Below, in pieces: positions 1 through 11,992 of a DNA stretch of 64,000 nt; position 1 is the first letter of the stretch, and each line of letters opens with the position of its first letter. The position numbers and the translations under genes are program-made. Under the pieces are notes generated by a model. It searched no databases and was not told the origin of the DNA. It saw nothing but the letters and a program-made list of their open reading frames with translations. Origin of the DNA: Octopus bimaculoides (taxonomy: Eukaryota); assembly GCF_001194135.2 (NCBI RefSeq), contig NC_068999.1:7532835-7596834 (forward strand). The letters are read 5' to 3'.

Positions 1-590
1 ATTATACATTCGTACTGCATTCACTTACGCAATCTAATTTGTTTATTTTCATTTCTAAAATCATTTTATTGATTAAATGAATAGTTCATTCAATGTGATA
101 TTCGTTGTCACCGTTTCTGTTCATTTGAACAGATTCACTTTGAAATCATGAGACATAAAATCATTTAAAAATTATCTCCATCAACAGTCTTCGTTAAACT
201 TGTAAACAATTGAGTGATAAGTAATTATTTTTTTTTCTTTCAAACTTTTGTATTTCTATAATGATTATACTCACCTGTTTGTTTACCTGAAATTAATCAA
301 TGCTAATTATAGTTTGTTTTTAACTACTCATTAAATGCGTATGCAGAACTTTGAAAGCTTTAGAACTTTTAAATTTCAAACTTGACACGTTATTCGATAT
401 TTTATTAATCAAATACAGAATTTAGCATATTACTGTAACTTTCTATATAATCGTCTAAATATTATTGTACAGTGTCTGAAATAAATAGAAGTAAACGAAG
501 GAAACATTTCTCTCAATAATTCATTAAATTATGTTGCCACATTCACAATGAGTAGCGACAATCAAACCGATCATCTATTAATGCAAGAGA

Positions 591-638
591 CTCTGTGACA
601 CCCGGTGTTTCGGCAACGTTGTCTCTCGTCAGCCAAAG
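591..638 (-). ncRNA. Type I hammerhead ribozyme motif (complete core)
   Basis: Minus strand reads CTTTGG-CTGACGA-GAGACAACGTTGCC-GAAAC-ACCGGGT-GTC-ACAGAG: core CUGANGA and GAAAC intact, helix III ACAC/GTGT, GUC cleavage triplet, helix I CTTTG/CAGAG (one G.U; mismatch at the innermost pair); helix II irregular. Confidence 0.7.
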
Positions 639-804
639 GTACGCGCGTCTATTGAATCTAGGAAGTGTTTGAAGATCTTTTTTATAACACCGGCAAGCAG
701 AACTTGTGCTGGTCGTGCAGATAATGAATACAGTGTGTCATGATCGCACATTTGTCGTAAAGGAGAAATTGTTCTCCTGTAACGAAACACAGTAGCCATA
801 AAGT

Positions 805-1200
805 ATCTCTGGTCGGCCTATATATATTAAAAATATTGAAGAATACATACCCATCTCATGATGCTGGTTTAAACAGTGTTTCGAAAACAGCTTTTCTCAA
901 CGTTCAACCCGTTAGAGTTGAAAATACATTGTCAGGAATCTTTCAACAGTTGAGTATTTGGATGTTTCATTAGATCTAAATACCTCTTCATATAAGCCGT
1001 ACCATAAAATTAATGAGAAATTAACATATATACATAGGCAGTTCTGCCACCCTCCAGGCATGATTAAAAATCTAGTGGCAAATATTAGCAAAAGTGTGTC
1101 TGTCTGTCTTCCCCGCAAGAGAGGGTCTAATCTTTCCACCTCTAGGGAAAGTTTCGAGAAGGCTGCTCCATATTACAATGGAGAGTTAGCCAATTGAAGT
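805..1200 (+). mobile_element. Penelope-like element reverse transcriptase relic (C-terminal RT/thumb region, degenerate)
   Basis: Translation YLDVSLDLNTSSYKPYHKINEKLTYIHRQFCHPPGMIKNL...NLSTSRESFEKAAPYYN matches the remembered PLE RT pattern FLDxxL..YKPYxKPN..YIH..SNHPP..I....LS.....F..A.P.Y; upstream VGLYILK; frameshifts and stops. Confidence 0.7.
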
Positions 1201-1293
1201 TTATATGACGTCTTCTACCAATAATAATAGTAATGGGCATCGTGAAGTCCATGATAAAGTGCAACACCATAAAAAAATATTCTAAAAACAGAT

Positions 1294-1343
<50 letters not shown>

Positions 1344-1820
1344 AAGTCGTCTGCAGCCTTTTTTCCGAGACTACGTAATCTAATTGATGGGGACGGGGAA
1401 TGAATAAGCTTGTTGCAATGGTAATAACATTGCTTTACCACATCTTTCAGCAGATTAAAGGCCAAAAGTACCTGATGAAGCCATGCAACATCTCAAGGGG
1501 TTTAACTCTACGGAATTTACTAGTAGTTCGTGTCTGAGATGATAAGGAGGCGGACAAGCATATGGTTGATTACAAGTATAGAGTAGTTGTAAGAAAATAA
1601 GATTGAAACCAACCTAGGAACGAAATCTTTTAGTATGTATGTTGAGAAATACATGAGTAATTATATCATTTCATTCTTTTGAAAACACTTTGTGAAATTA
1701 TACTTTGAGGCAGTTCAATGTTGAAATCTACCGAATGATTTAAATCAGCGTGGCTGTAACTTACAGAACTATGTTATTATATTTTAATCCCAGGTAAACA
1801 TTTTTTCCAGTGGGTTAACG

Positions 1821-1903
1821 ACAGACAACATGTGTCTGATATACTGCGAGTAAGGGAGCTAACCACTCCCTTACTTGCAATATATCAGACACTAGTTGTA
1901 TGT
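1821..1903. repeat. Long inverted repeat / hairpin
   Basis: Arms 1832-1858 (GTGTCTGATATACTGCGAGTAAGGGAG) and 1866-1892 are reverse complements at 25/27 positions around a 7-nt loop CTAACCA; pairing extends imperfectly to 1821/1903. Confidence 0.85.
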
Positions 1904-2505
1904 CTAACCAGCTAGGGTTAAAACGTAGTTTAACATCGTTTAACATGGAACAGCCACACTGAAGTGGCAACAGACATTACTTTTCAGTAGAACAGGATAT
2001 GTTGCATGAGTTAAATATTCCCACTGAAATCAAATCCAAATCTTTTCCCCACCTGAGATTTAAACTAAACTGAGAACCAATATAGGTACAATATTTTTTG
2101 AGAAATGATTCAGATGTCACACAGACCTTTTGCAAACACATTGTAAATCCGTACTATAAGACAATATACGATTGGAAATGTTATATAAAAACCGTAATGC
2201 GGTGAGAATTTGTAGTTCCTTCATATAAGCTATGAAAGGCTCTGTCACATTACATTACGTTACACACACTGGATGAATCAACATGAAAATGTTTATATTC
2301 TTCTATTCATTCCCCAGTTTGAATTTTTAATGTTTTATCACTGTACAGTTCTCTTATATTCTTCCTGAATATAGAGAAAGAAAATACAATTATTCGCCTT
2401 GTTAAAAGGGTAACACATCAACAAGCATGCGCATGAACGCATCCATGAGCAATCACACATATCTGCTTAAATATATGTATATATATATATATGCATATAT
2501 ATATA

Positions 2506-2563
<58 letters not shown>

Positions 2564-3643
2564 NNNNNNNNNNNNNNNNNNNNNNNNNNNNNNNNNNNNN
2601 NNNNNNNNNNNNNNNNNNNNNNNNNNNNNNNNNNNNNNNNNNNNNNNNNNNNNNNNNNNNNNNNNNNNNNNNNNNNNNNNNNNNNNNNNNNNNNNNNNNN
2701 NNNNNNNNNNNNNNNNNNNNNNNNNNNNNNNNNNNNNNNNNNNNNNNNNNNNNNNNNNNNNNNNNNNNNNNNNNNNNNNNNNNNNNNNNNNNNNNNNNNN
2801 NNNNNNNNNNNNNNNNNNNNNNNNNNNNNNNNNNNNNNNNNNNNNNNNNNNNNNNNNNNNNNNNNNNNNNNNNNNNNNNNNNNNNNNNNNNNNNNNNNNN
2901 NNNNNNNNNNNNNNNNNNNNNNNNNNNNNNNNNNNNNNNNNNNNNNNNNNNNNNNNNNNNNNNNNNNNNNNNNNNNNNNNNNNNNNNNNNNNNNNNNNNN
3001 NNNNNNNNNNNNNNNNNNNNNNNNNNNNNNNNNNNNNNNNNNNNNNNNNNNNNNNNNNNNNNNNNNNNNNNNNNNNNNNNNNNNNNNNNNNNNNNNNNNN
3101 NNNNNNNNNNNNNNNNNNNNNNNNNNNNNNNNNNNNNNNNNNNNNNNNNNNNNNNNNNNNNNNNNNNNNNNNNNNNNNNNNNNNNNNNNNNNNNNNNNNN
3201 NNNNNNNNNNNNNNNNNNNNNNNNNNNNNNNNNNNNNNNNNNNNNNNNNNNNNNNNNNNNNTATATATATATATATATGCATATATATATACATATATAT
3301 AAATCTATGGATTTGTAGATAAGTATTAGAGAAAGAACTAGATAATCATAAAGAAAAATAATAATCAGAGATATACTCTAAATAAATGATTTGTTTTTAT
3401 CTCCGAGATACACTTTGATGGATTATATTTTAATTGAAGAACTGATGTGATGTAGTTGATAATCCCCAAAGGCCTTTACACATCTAACGTATCGCACTGA
3501 TTTACCACTCAGAAATACTGATAAACAGAATCTCATGCAGTTTTAAGACAAGCTTTGGATTTGAGGCTTTTTCCTCTAGGTTTTATAGAAATGCTTTGAA
3601 ATGTTCTTCTACGAATTCTACCTTTGATATCTGTCACATTGTG

Positions 3644-3700
<57 letters not shown>

Positions 3701-3924
3701 TTATTTATTTATTTATTTATTTATATATGTATTTATTTATTTGTGTGTATATGTGTGCGTGTATGCATAAGTATACATACATTCCTACATCCCATATAAG
3801 CCTATCTGTTTTTCTGTGTTGCACCCTACCTACCTACCTACCTACCTACCTACTTCCCCACATACATACATACATACATACATACATACATACATACATA
3901 CATACTATCTATATGTGTGTTTGC

Positions 3925-3960
<36 letters not shown>

Positions 3961-4852
3961 NNNNNNNNNNNNNNNNNNNNNNNNNNNNNNNNNNNNNNNN
4001 NNNNNNNNNNNNNNNNNNNNNNNNNNNNNNNNNNNNNNNNNNNNNNNNNNNNNNNNNNNNNNNNNNNNNNNNNNNNNNNNNNNNNNNNNNNNNNNNNNNN
4101 NNNNNNNNNNNNNNNNNNNNNNNNNNNNNNNNNNNNNNNNNNNNNNNNNNNNNNNNNNNNNNNNNNNNNNNNNNNNNNNNNNNNNNNNNNNNNNNNNNNN
4201 NNNNNNNNNNNNNNNNNNNNNNNNNNNNNNNNTATATATACACATACATACATACATACATATAATTGTCTGTGTGTGTTCGTATTGAGATAACGTGAGG
4301 GGAGAAGTATAGATAGTGACACACACATTCAGACTCACAAAAACTCGTGCTCACACTCACCCATACACACGTGTGCGTTATTTGTTTGTATACGTGTACG
4401 CATGCATGTAGCGAATGCATTTAGACATAAATAAATTTATTGCCTTGAACCCTACTGCTACGAATATGCCTTCCTGGTTGATAACCTGTATAAAAATGGT
4501 AATTATTGAATATATACATAAATGCAAACACACACACACACATAGATGTAGGTTTATATATGTTTATATTTGCTTATATGTGTGTAAGTGAGTCTGTGTA
4601 TGTGTGTACGTTTGAAGCGAGCTCTCTCATTCAGATTGCTTATCTCTAATGCTGAAGCAAACAGCTACTTGTATATATGGATTCTCGAGTTTAGATATCA
4701 CATTTATTATTTAGCACGAAGGCAAGAGCTCTTGTCATAAGCTAAAATATTAAATGACACATAACTCTGAAGAAAAAAGTGTTCCTGCGGTTACGAAATA
4801 TCGTGTGGGCGATCTTTGGGTTAGAATGTAAGAATGCGACTTCAATTGAAAT

Positions 4853-4888
<36 letters not shown>

Positions 4889-4905
4889 ATGTTGTNNNNN
4901 NNNNN

Positions 4906-4950
<45 letters not shown>

Positions 4951-5020
4951 TCTATATATATATATATATTTGTATATATTTATAAATATCTCTGTCTATC
5001 TATCTGTATTTATATATAAC

Positions 5021-5162
5021 TGTATGGAAAGAAGCTGGCTTCCTAACTAAATGGTCAGGGGTTTAGTTCCACTGCATGGCATGGCATCTAGGCCAATTGT
5101 CTTCTATTATAGCCCCGAGCCGAACAAAGTCTTGAAAGTAAATTTGGTAGACAGAAACGGAA
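5021..5162 (+). mobile_element. tRNA-headed SINE family B, diverged 5' fragment
   Basis: Reverse-complement similarity to the copies at 6636-7046 and 25942-26325 (ttggtagacagaaac, tcttctattatagcccc motifs). Confidence 0.6.
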
Positions 5163-6215
5163 ACACACACACAAACACACACACACAATGAAAGAGAACA
5201 GCATGATTCGCCACCATACTGTTCCTGAGCCTTGTGGAGTTTTAGGTGTTTTCGTTCAATAAGCATTCACAACGTGGAGAGAGACGTGAGATGGAGAGCC
5301 GCTGAAGAGGTCAGAAGATGTGTGACGAAAGATTTCTAGACAAAGGAGATAAAATAAGAACAATAATAAAACTGAAATTAAGAACCAATATACAGTGCGT
5401 GTGTTTATTTGGCAAAAAATATATGACCGTCCTGAAATATAACAATACGTGAGTATGTATGTGTGTGTGTGTACGAATGTATGTATATGTATGTATTTAT
5501 ATTTACATGCATATATATATATATAGAGAGAGAGAGAGAGGGAGAGATGTACGTATATGTTGTTTGTACGATAGTGCATGTGACTTTACCGCGTGGTTCT
5601 ATCAGTCCAGCGAGAATAGTAAACTGAAAAGCTGAAATGAAATGTAAAAATAGTAAACATATCGCTGTCTGACACATAGACGTGTGAATTAATACAGAAC
5701 GATATGTAAACAGACATATACAAACAACACAGACACACACACACACACACACGCGCACACACACACATACTTACACACACACACACACACACATATATAT
5801 ACTGGAAAAATAATACAACAGACATTTAATTATTATCAAACAAAGTATCAAGATGTAGTTGTGTCCAGGTGACAGCAGTCTTCTCCAATCATTTATCAAC
5901 ACTTTTTTTTTCCACATAAATATTTATCCTTTGTTTTGTTTTCATTCTTAATTATCATTTCAACGCTTAACACATTTGAAAGTGTAGCTGTCAGAAGTTG
6001 ATTTTATTTATTATACCCTTTCCTTGATATTATTTATTCTGATACACATTTAAAAGCCAGTTCAAGACAAAGAGCAGTAAACCACCTGGCCTTCCTATCC
6101 TCGAGACTAACATCAACGTCTCTATTGTTTACCGAAAGATCTAGATCGAGACTCGTGTGTTAGCCTGTTGCATTGTTCTGATTCATATCGTATTGTAATA
6201 TCTATGACCATATTA

Positions 6216-6565
6216 CTATGAATCCAGTTGATTTGTAGATGCCGAATCGCTTCTTTTTCGAGAGTTCCCTGGCATGGCTACCTTACTATGAGCTGGGATA
6301 GGTATTGCCTGTTGTATTGAAGTTCTGTAAGGAACGAGTAAGTCATCAGCCGAATCAAGGTAACTATTCCCATTGTGCACAGCTCGCCAAAAACGGCCTC
6401 TACGCAATCTTTCAGAGTTCTTGTCTAACAAACTTTTGAGCTTGTGGCGCACATCTGTTGTGGCATGTGGAATGGATTCAGCAATCCGCAATGCCGCTAT
6501 TGAGCTGTTCTGAACTGAGGGCCAGACTCCTTCGACACGGTAAAAATGGTTGATAACTTCGATGT
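6216..6565 (-). CDS. Probable terminal coding exon of a minus-strand gene, product unknown
   Basis: Strong acceptor ttttctttctttaatgcttctacatAG at 6566-6567; frame stays open to the stop: (x)IEVINHFYRVEGVWPSVQNSSIAALRIAESIPHATTDVRHKLKSLLDKNSERLRRGRFWRAVH...TNQLDS*; non-repetitive, GC-richer than flanks; AATAAA downstream at 6003-6008 (minus). Confidence 0.6.
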
Positions 6566-6635
6566 CTATGTAGAAGCATTAAAGAAAGAAAAGCGATATC
6601 GATCCGAGAACAAAGGTACACAATTTATATATGTA

Positions 6636-6838
6636 TTATTTTATTCTTTTACTTGTTTCAATCATTTGATTGTGGTCATGCTGGAGCACGTCCTTTTTTC
6701 GAAAAAGGTTATATATATATATGAACACATCAAAACCAGTCGTCAAGCAGTGGGCGTTGCGGGTGGGTGGGCAAACACAGACACAAAGTCTCACACATAC
6801 GTAAATATATAAATATATATACAAATATAAATATATAT

Positions 6839-6881
<43 letters not shown>

Positions 6882-7046
6882 CACACATACGTATATATGA
6901 CAGTTTCCTTTCAATTTCCGTTTACCAAATCCACTCACAAGCCTTTGTAGATGAAGACACTTGCCAAAGGTGCCACGCAGCGGGACGGAACCCGGAAATA
7001 TGTGGTTGAGAAGAAAGCTTGTTACCAAAATACCACGCCGGTGCCT
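6636..7046 (-). mobile_element. tRNA-headed SINE family B with internal (CA)n/(TA)n
   Basis: Collinear with 25942-26325 and 33895-34080 (ttttacttgtttc...catgctggagcac; ccaaatccactcacaag...gtgccacgcag...gaacccggaa); tRNA-like head at the right end. Confidence 0.8.
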
Positions 7047-7212
7047 GTATGCATAAAATTCCAAAAGAGAAGGGAAGACTTATTCAAAAGGAATTTGGAT
7101 AAGCATTCTAAGAATTGATTAACCGTTATGCTACAGCGTTCGAATATGTGAAATAGTAATTTCTCAATACATACCTACCCGCACGTGAGCATACACACGA
7201 ACACACACACAT

Positions 7213-7285
<73 letters not shown>

Positions 7286-7599
7286 AACACACACAAACAC
7301 ACACACACACACACAAACACACACTCGCATTCACGCACAAACACATACACATGAAATGATTATTATATTTATATACATACATAATCCTCAGCGCACACAT
7401 ACTGAATCATATATGAACCTGAAGAGAAATTTCATTACTATCTTAAAATTGAGTTCATACGTATCATTGATTCCCAACGTAATATATAGCAGTACGATAT
7501 ACACTGGATTTTCAATTGTAATTCAAAATTTTATATTGCTCTGATCTCTACAACAAATAAGCTCTTCATATCTATATATGTACATGCTTGCCTACATGC

Positions 7600-7647
<48 letters not shown>

Positions 7648-8301
7648 CTATATATTTACATCTCTCTATCTATCAAGGGATCTATCTATCACTGTCTATC
7701 TTTCTGTGTTTGTGTAAAACCCCAGAGGGCAGCTCGCCAAATATAAAATGCTGCAAAACATTCAAATGATATTCTTAAAATGATATAATAATATGTACGG
7801 ATTAGTGTGTGTGTATGTGACAGTGTGTCGGTGTCTGTGGCTACTGTGTGTGTATGTATGTATTTGTCTCTCTGTGTCCTTCTCTGTGTGTGTCTACCAC
7901 TTTGAGCGTCTGTTTCTGTTTGTTTTTAACCTATATATTTACTTTTGTGCGTGAAAGTGTACGCCCGTCTGCCTTTCCCATTGTCTGTCTGTGTGTTTGT
8001 TTGTTTCGTATGACCGACCTCCTCGAAAATATTCTTAAGTTTACTCGAGATAATTATATATCGTTTATTTTTTCCCTACATATTGATTGACATAAAATTG
8101 TCTCCATGGGCGATCACGGTTTGTTTTGACAGGTCCGTAGTTCTTAGGGCAAAGGGTGGATCAAGTTCGCGATCTCATTATTGTGTGACCAAAATGTTTT
8201 CTGTAAAGAATTTAATAAGAAAATTCCTTTACTGCAAATCTAGAAATATCTTCTTAAATTAATTCATACATTCTATATTGTGCTCCATTAAACACCGACT
8301 T

Positions 8302-8478
8302 ACACAACACACACACACACACACACAGACACGCGCGCGCACGCACACGCGCACACACACACACGCGCGCGCACACACACGCGCACACACACACACACAC
8401 ACGCGCACACACACGCGCACACACACACACACACACGCGCGCACACACACACACATAGACACACACATACGCGCGCAC
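8302..8478. repeat. Mixed (CA)n/(CG)n alternating purine-pyrimidine tract
   Basis: Direct reading: acacacacagacacgcgcgcgcacgcacacgcgcac... Confidence 0.9.
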
Positions 8479-8890
8479 ACAGGCATAAGGACAGACAAAG
8501 GGATTAAGTCGATTACATTGACCACAGTGTGCAACTGGTACTTAATTTATCTACCCCGAAAGATGAAAGGCAAAGTCGACCTCGGCAGAATTTGAACTCA
8601 GAACGTAATGGCAGACGAAATATCGCTAAGCATTTCTTCCGGCGTGTTAACGTTTCTTATTTCTTTATTGCCCGCAAGGGGCTAAACATAGAGGGAACAA
8701 ACAAGGACAGACAAAGGGATTAAGTCGATTACATCGACCACAGTGCGCAACTGGCACTTAATTTATCGACCCCGATAGGACGAAAGGCAAAGTCGACCTC
8801 GGCGGAATTTGAACTCAGAACGTAAAGACAGACGAAATACCGCTAAGCATTTCTCCCGGCGTGCTAACGTTTCTGCCAGTTCGCCGCCTT
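8479..8890 (-). mobile_element. Tandem pair of SINE family A copies (tail type 2)
   Basis: Two successive copies of ...gaaaggcaaagtcgacctcggc.gaatttgaactcagaacgta...ccggcgtg; the minus-strand head GGCGGCGAACTGGCAGAAACGTTAGC...GAGTTCAAATTCC has A/B-box-like motifs. Confidence 0.85.
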
Positions 8891-9507
8891 GACAGACGCA
8901 TTAATGTCTATCATGGGAGGGAACTAACGCAAGGCGATCCATCCGACCCTTTATTTCTGACAGGTCAGAGACAATGCCATTGATTTCCTCGTCACACCGT
9001 CAAAATATTCTGAACATGCGTTTTATATTCACCTGCATTCATTTTAATTCCTTCGTTGTTTCTGGTCTTTCTCAAAGCTTCTCAGGTATTTTTCATGAGT
9101 TTCTTTGATCTCTTACATTGTGTTTAATCCGTCAACAAGTTTTTCTTGCTAATGCCTTTCTTAGCATATCATTTTCTAATCTCCTTTTTAGTTTACATTC
9201 GAGTTGCTTTCTTTAATCAATTTCTGCATTATTTCTATTTTCTAATCGCCGGTGTGCAGTAAATCTATCTGTTTCTGTTTCGTAATGGTTGCGTCATATA
9301 TAGTTTACTTGTTTCAATCATTGGATTACAGCTATCCTCTGCATCGCCTTGACAGAATGCCAGTACTTATTTATTGTAACGAAGCCTTTAATTTCTTTTG
9401 CCGAACCGTTAATTTACGAGCACATCAACAAATCAACGGCGGCTATCAAGCGATGGAGACAAAACACAGACACACACATATGTATGTATATATGGCTGTA
9501 TGTATGC

Positions 9508-9559
<52 letters not shown>

Positions 9560-9614
9560 GTGTATGTGTGTGTGTGTACACATACACATACATATATGTA
9601 TATATAGAAGGATA

Positions 9615-10556
9615 CGAGGGGATACCTAAAAGAAACCGGAATTTTGCAATATTATTTTATTCATATAGTTTTACATGTTTATACTTTTATCGCCTTTTAA
9701 TGAAGCAATGCACCGGTCCAGGCACGTTTGCCACTGTTCAAAGCAGTGATGGAGCTCTTGGGAAGTGGTGCTTTTTAACGGCTCTGTCGTTTTTGTACTT
9801 CACCTCTTCCATATCTGCAAATTCCGTAGCACCAGCTTTCATCTCCAGTGATGGCCTTCGATAGACGGTCCGGATCAACTTCTACCTGTTCCTTCAGTTC
9901 ACGAAACGCATTCAGTCGTGACTGCTTTTGATCTTCAGTGCGCAAGCGAGACACAAATTTTGCTGAAACTTTTTTCATTCACCAATCTCCACTCAAAATT
10001 CGTTGGCAGGCATATCAAGTTCGTCCACTGTTCGTCGACGGTTCTCCAACATCAGTTCATGAATTTTTCTGTTGTTTTCATTCGTGCGGGGGAGGGAGTT
10101 GACGGTCAAGCGACAAGTGACCTCCTCACACATACACGAATATATATATGTCTCTAGTCAACTTGACTTGGAATGACATTGCTTCCCTTGGAATTGCATT
10201 GCTTCTAGATTCACAAACGAAGAAAATATCCGTGAAAACCACTCATAAACTTGTGTTTTTCTCATGGCAGCGCCCTTGTAAGCTGTTTAAAGTATGACAA
10301 CTGTTTCGACCGCCGTTTTCCCCAGAAGAAAACAAATTTCACGGAAGCATGGTGTTCTATCGTTTCAGCCATCGCAAAAATCGACGAACAGGGGTGAAGC
10401 ACTGCCAAGCGAAGACAGACCACATGACAGCACGACCTCAGACCACGATGGCGGTCGGTAGACTGATGCCTGAGATCTGCATCAAGTGGCATCTAGTCTG
10501 AACTACAACTAGTTTGTTCCACAGAGAACGTTTCAAGCTACCTTTGCGTACCTCCT

Positions 10557-10558
<2 letters not shown>
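9615..10558 (-). mobile_element. Internally deleted mariner (Tc1/mariner) transposon
   Basis: Minus-strand pieces MAETIEHHASVKF (ATG at 10372), MKKVSAKFVSRLRTEDQKQSRL...ITGDESWCYG, then C-terminal ...FEQWQTCLDRCIAS; TA + cgaggggatacctaaaagaaaccggaa at the left end and an imperfect complementary end near 10541-10558 followed by (TA)n. Confidence 0.85.
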
Positions 10559-10601
<43 letters not shown>

Positions 10602-11699
10602 TTCGTTCTAATCGGCGTTAGCTCGTATCTAAATAGTTGATCTCTAGTAGATGTGTAGTCATTGTTAATTGAGTCTCTTCATGTTAATGAGTGCGGAGAG
10701 TGACAATGCATAAGGTGACTGCTCAGGTCAAGGGTCGTATAAAGGAGCTGAGGGTATTTATCACAGGGAAGTGTTGGTGGGGTGGGGTGGAATTGCAGGT
10801 CGCCCTTTGCGTTTCGACGTCTGGTCTATGCCACTTGGCCTTTGTTATTTTCCATCTGTTAGTTTCCATCGATTTAAATTCACTTACAAGGCTTAAGTCA
10901 TCCAGGGACAATATTAAAACACACCTGCCAAGGGTGCCGCACAGTTGAAATGAACCTGACACCGCAAGGTTTTGGAAGAAAACTTTTAATCTCACGGTCA
11001 TGTTTATGAAACTCAAACAACTAGATTTTCACAATAAATTCGACTTAATATTTGTATAGAGTGACACCAGCTGTAATTGTTTCATATTTTATTCTTAAAA
11101 GAGGTTTACAACGAGAAACATTATTTTAACATTTATACAAAATTTTACATTAAATCTCAATAAATATTGTAGTCATCATATTATAGATACATTATAGTAT
11201 TTTTGTAGTTGAAGTATTTATACTGCAGGAATATTCGTACTGAATATATTCATGTTATGCGTAGGTGTAAAGTCGCTACAATCTAAATACAAATATATTC
11301 TTTGTTTTCCTTTCTCGTGTTACTAATTCATTCCACTTACTAGAAAACGCCAGTGCCAGAAGAAACAAATATGCCTATGTATTTATATACATACAAATGT
11401 ACGTACATAAAAGATCATATATGTGTATATATACATATATNNNNNNNNNNNNNNNNNNNNNNNNNNNNNNNNNNNNNNNNNNNNNNNNNNNNNNNNNNNN
11501 NNNNNNNNNNNNNNNNNNNNNNNNNNNNNNNNNNNNNNNNNNNNNNNNNNNNNNNNNNNNNNNNNNNNNNNNNNNNNNNNNNNNNNNNNNNNNNNNNNNN
11601 NNNNNNNNNNNNNNNNNNNNNNNNNNNNNNNNNNNNNNNNNNNNNNNNNNNNNNNNNNNNNNNNNNNNNNNNNNNNNNNNNNNATATATATATATATAA

Positions 11700-11992
11700 A
11701 CTGGCACTCCATCGCTTACGATGACGCGGGTTCCAGTTGATCTGATCAATTGAACAGTTGGTTCGTGAGATTAACGTACATGTAGCTGAGCACTCGACAG
11801 ACACGCGTACCCCTTCACATACTTCTCAGGGGGATTCAGCGTGACACAGAATGTGACAAGGCTGACCTCTTGAAATACGGGTACTTCTCATTTTTTTGCC
11901 AACTGAGTGAACTGGAGCAACGTGAAATAAAGTGTCTTGCTCAAGGACATAACACGCTGCCGGGAATCGAACCTGAAACCCTGCGATCGCGA
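11700..11992 (-). mobile_element. SINE with family C tail and a different central domain
   Basis: 11700-11885 matches 31114-31290 (ggcactcc.tcgct.acga...ggttccagttgatc...cagcgtgacacaga.tgtgacaaggctg); the remainder (aaagtgtcttgctcaaggac...gggaatcgaacc) differs. Confidence 0.75.

Noticed and set aside
1469-1500. CTGATGAAGCC after the PLE relic as a hammerhead
   Set aside because: No matching helix II partner or GAAAC downstream.
5298-5345. CTGAAGA-G-GTCA...TGAC-GAAA hammerhead-like motif
   Set aside because: Helix I cannot form (gccg vs gaca); at best a decayed remnant.
7690-7775. Minus-strand HFIFGELP as a cNMP-binding FGE motif exon
   Set aside because: Runs into microsatellite, no good donor, and lacks the rest of the domain pattern.
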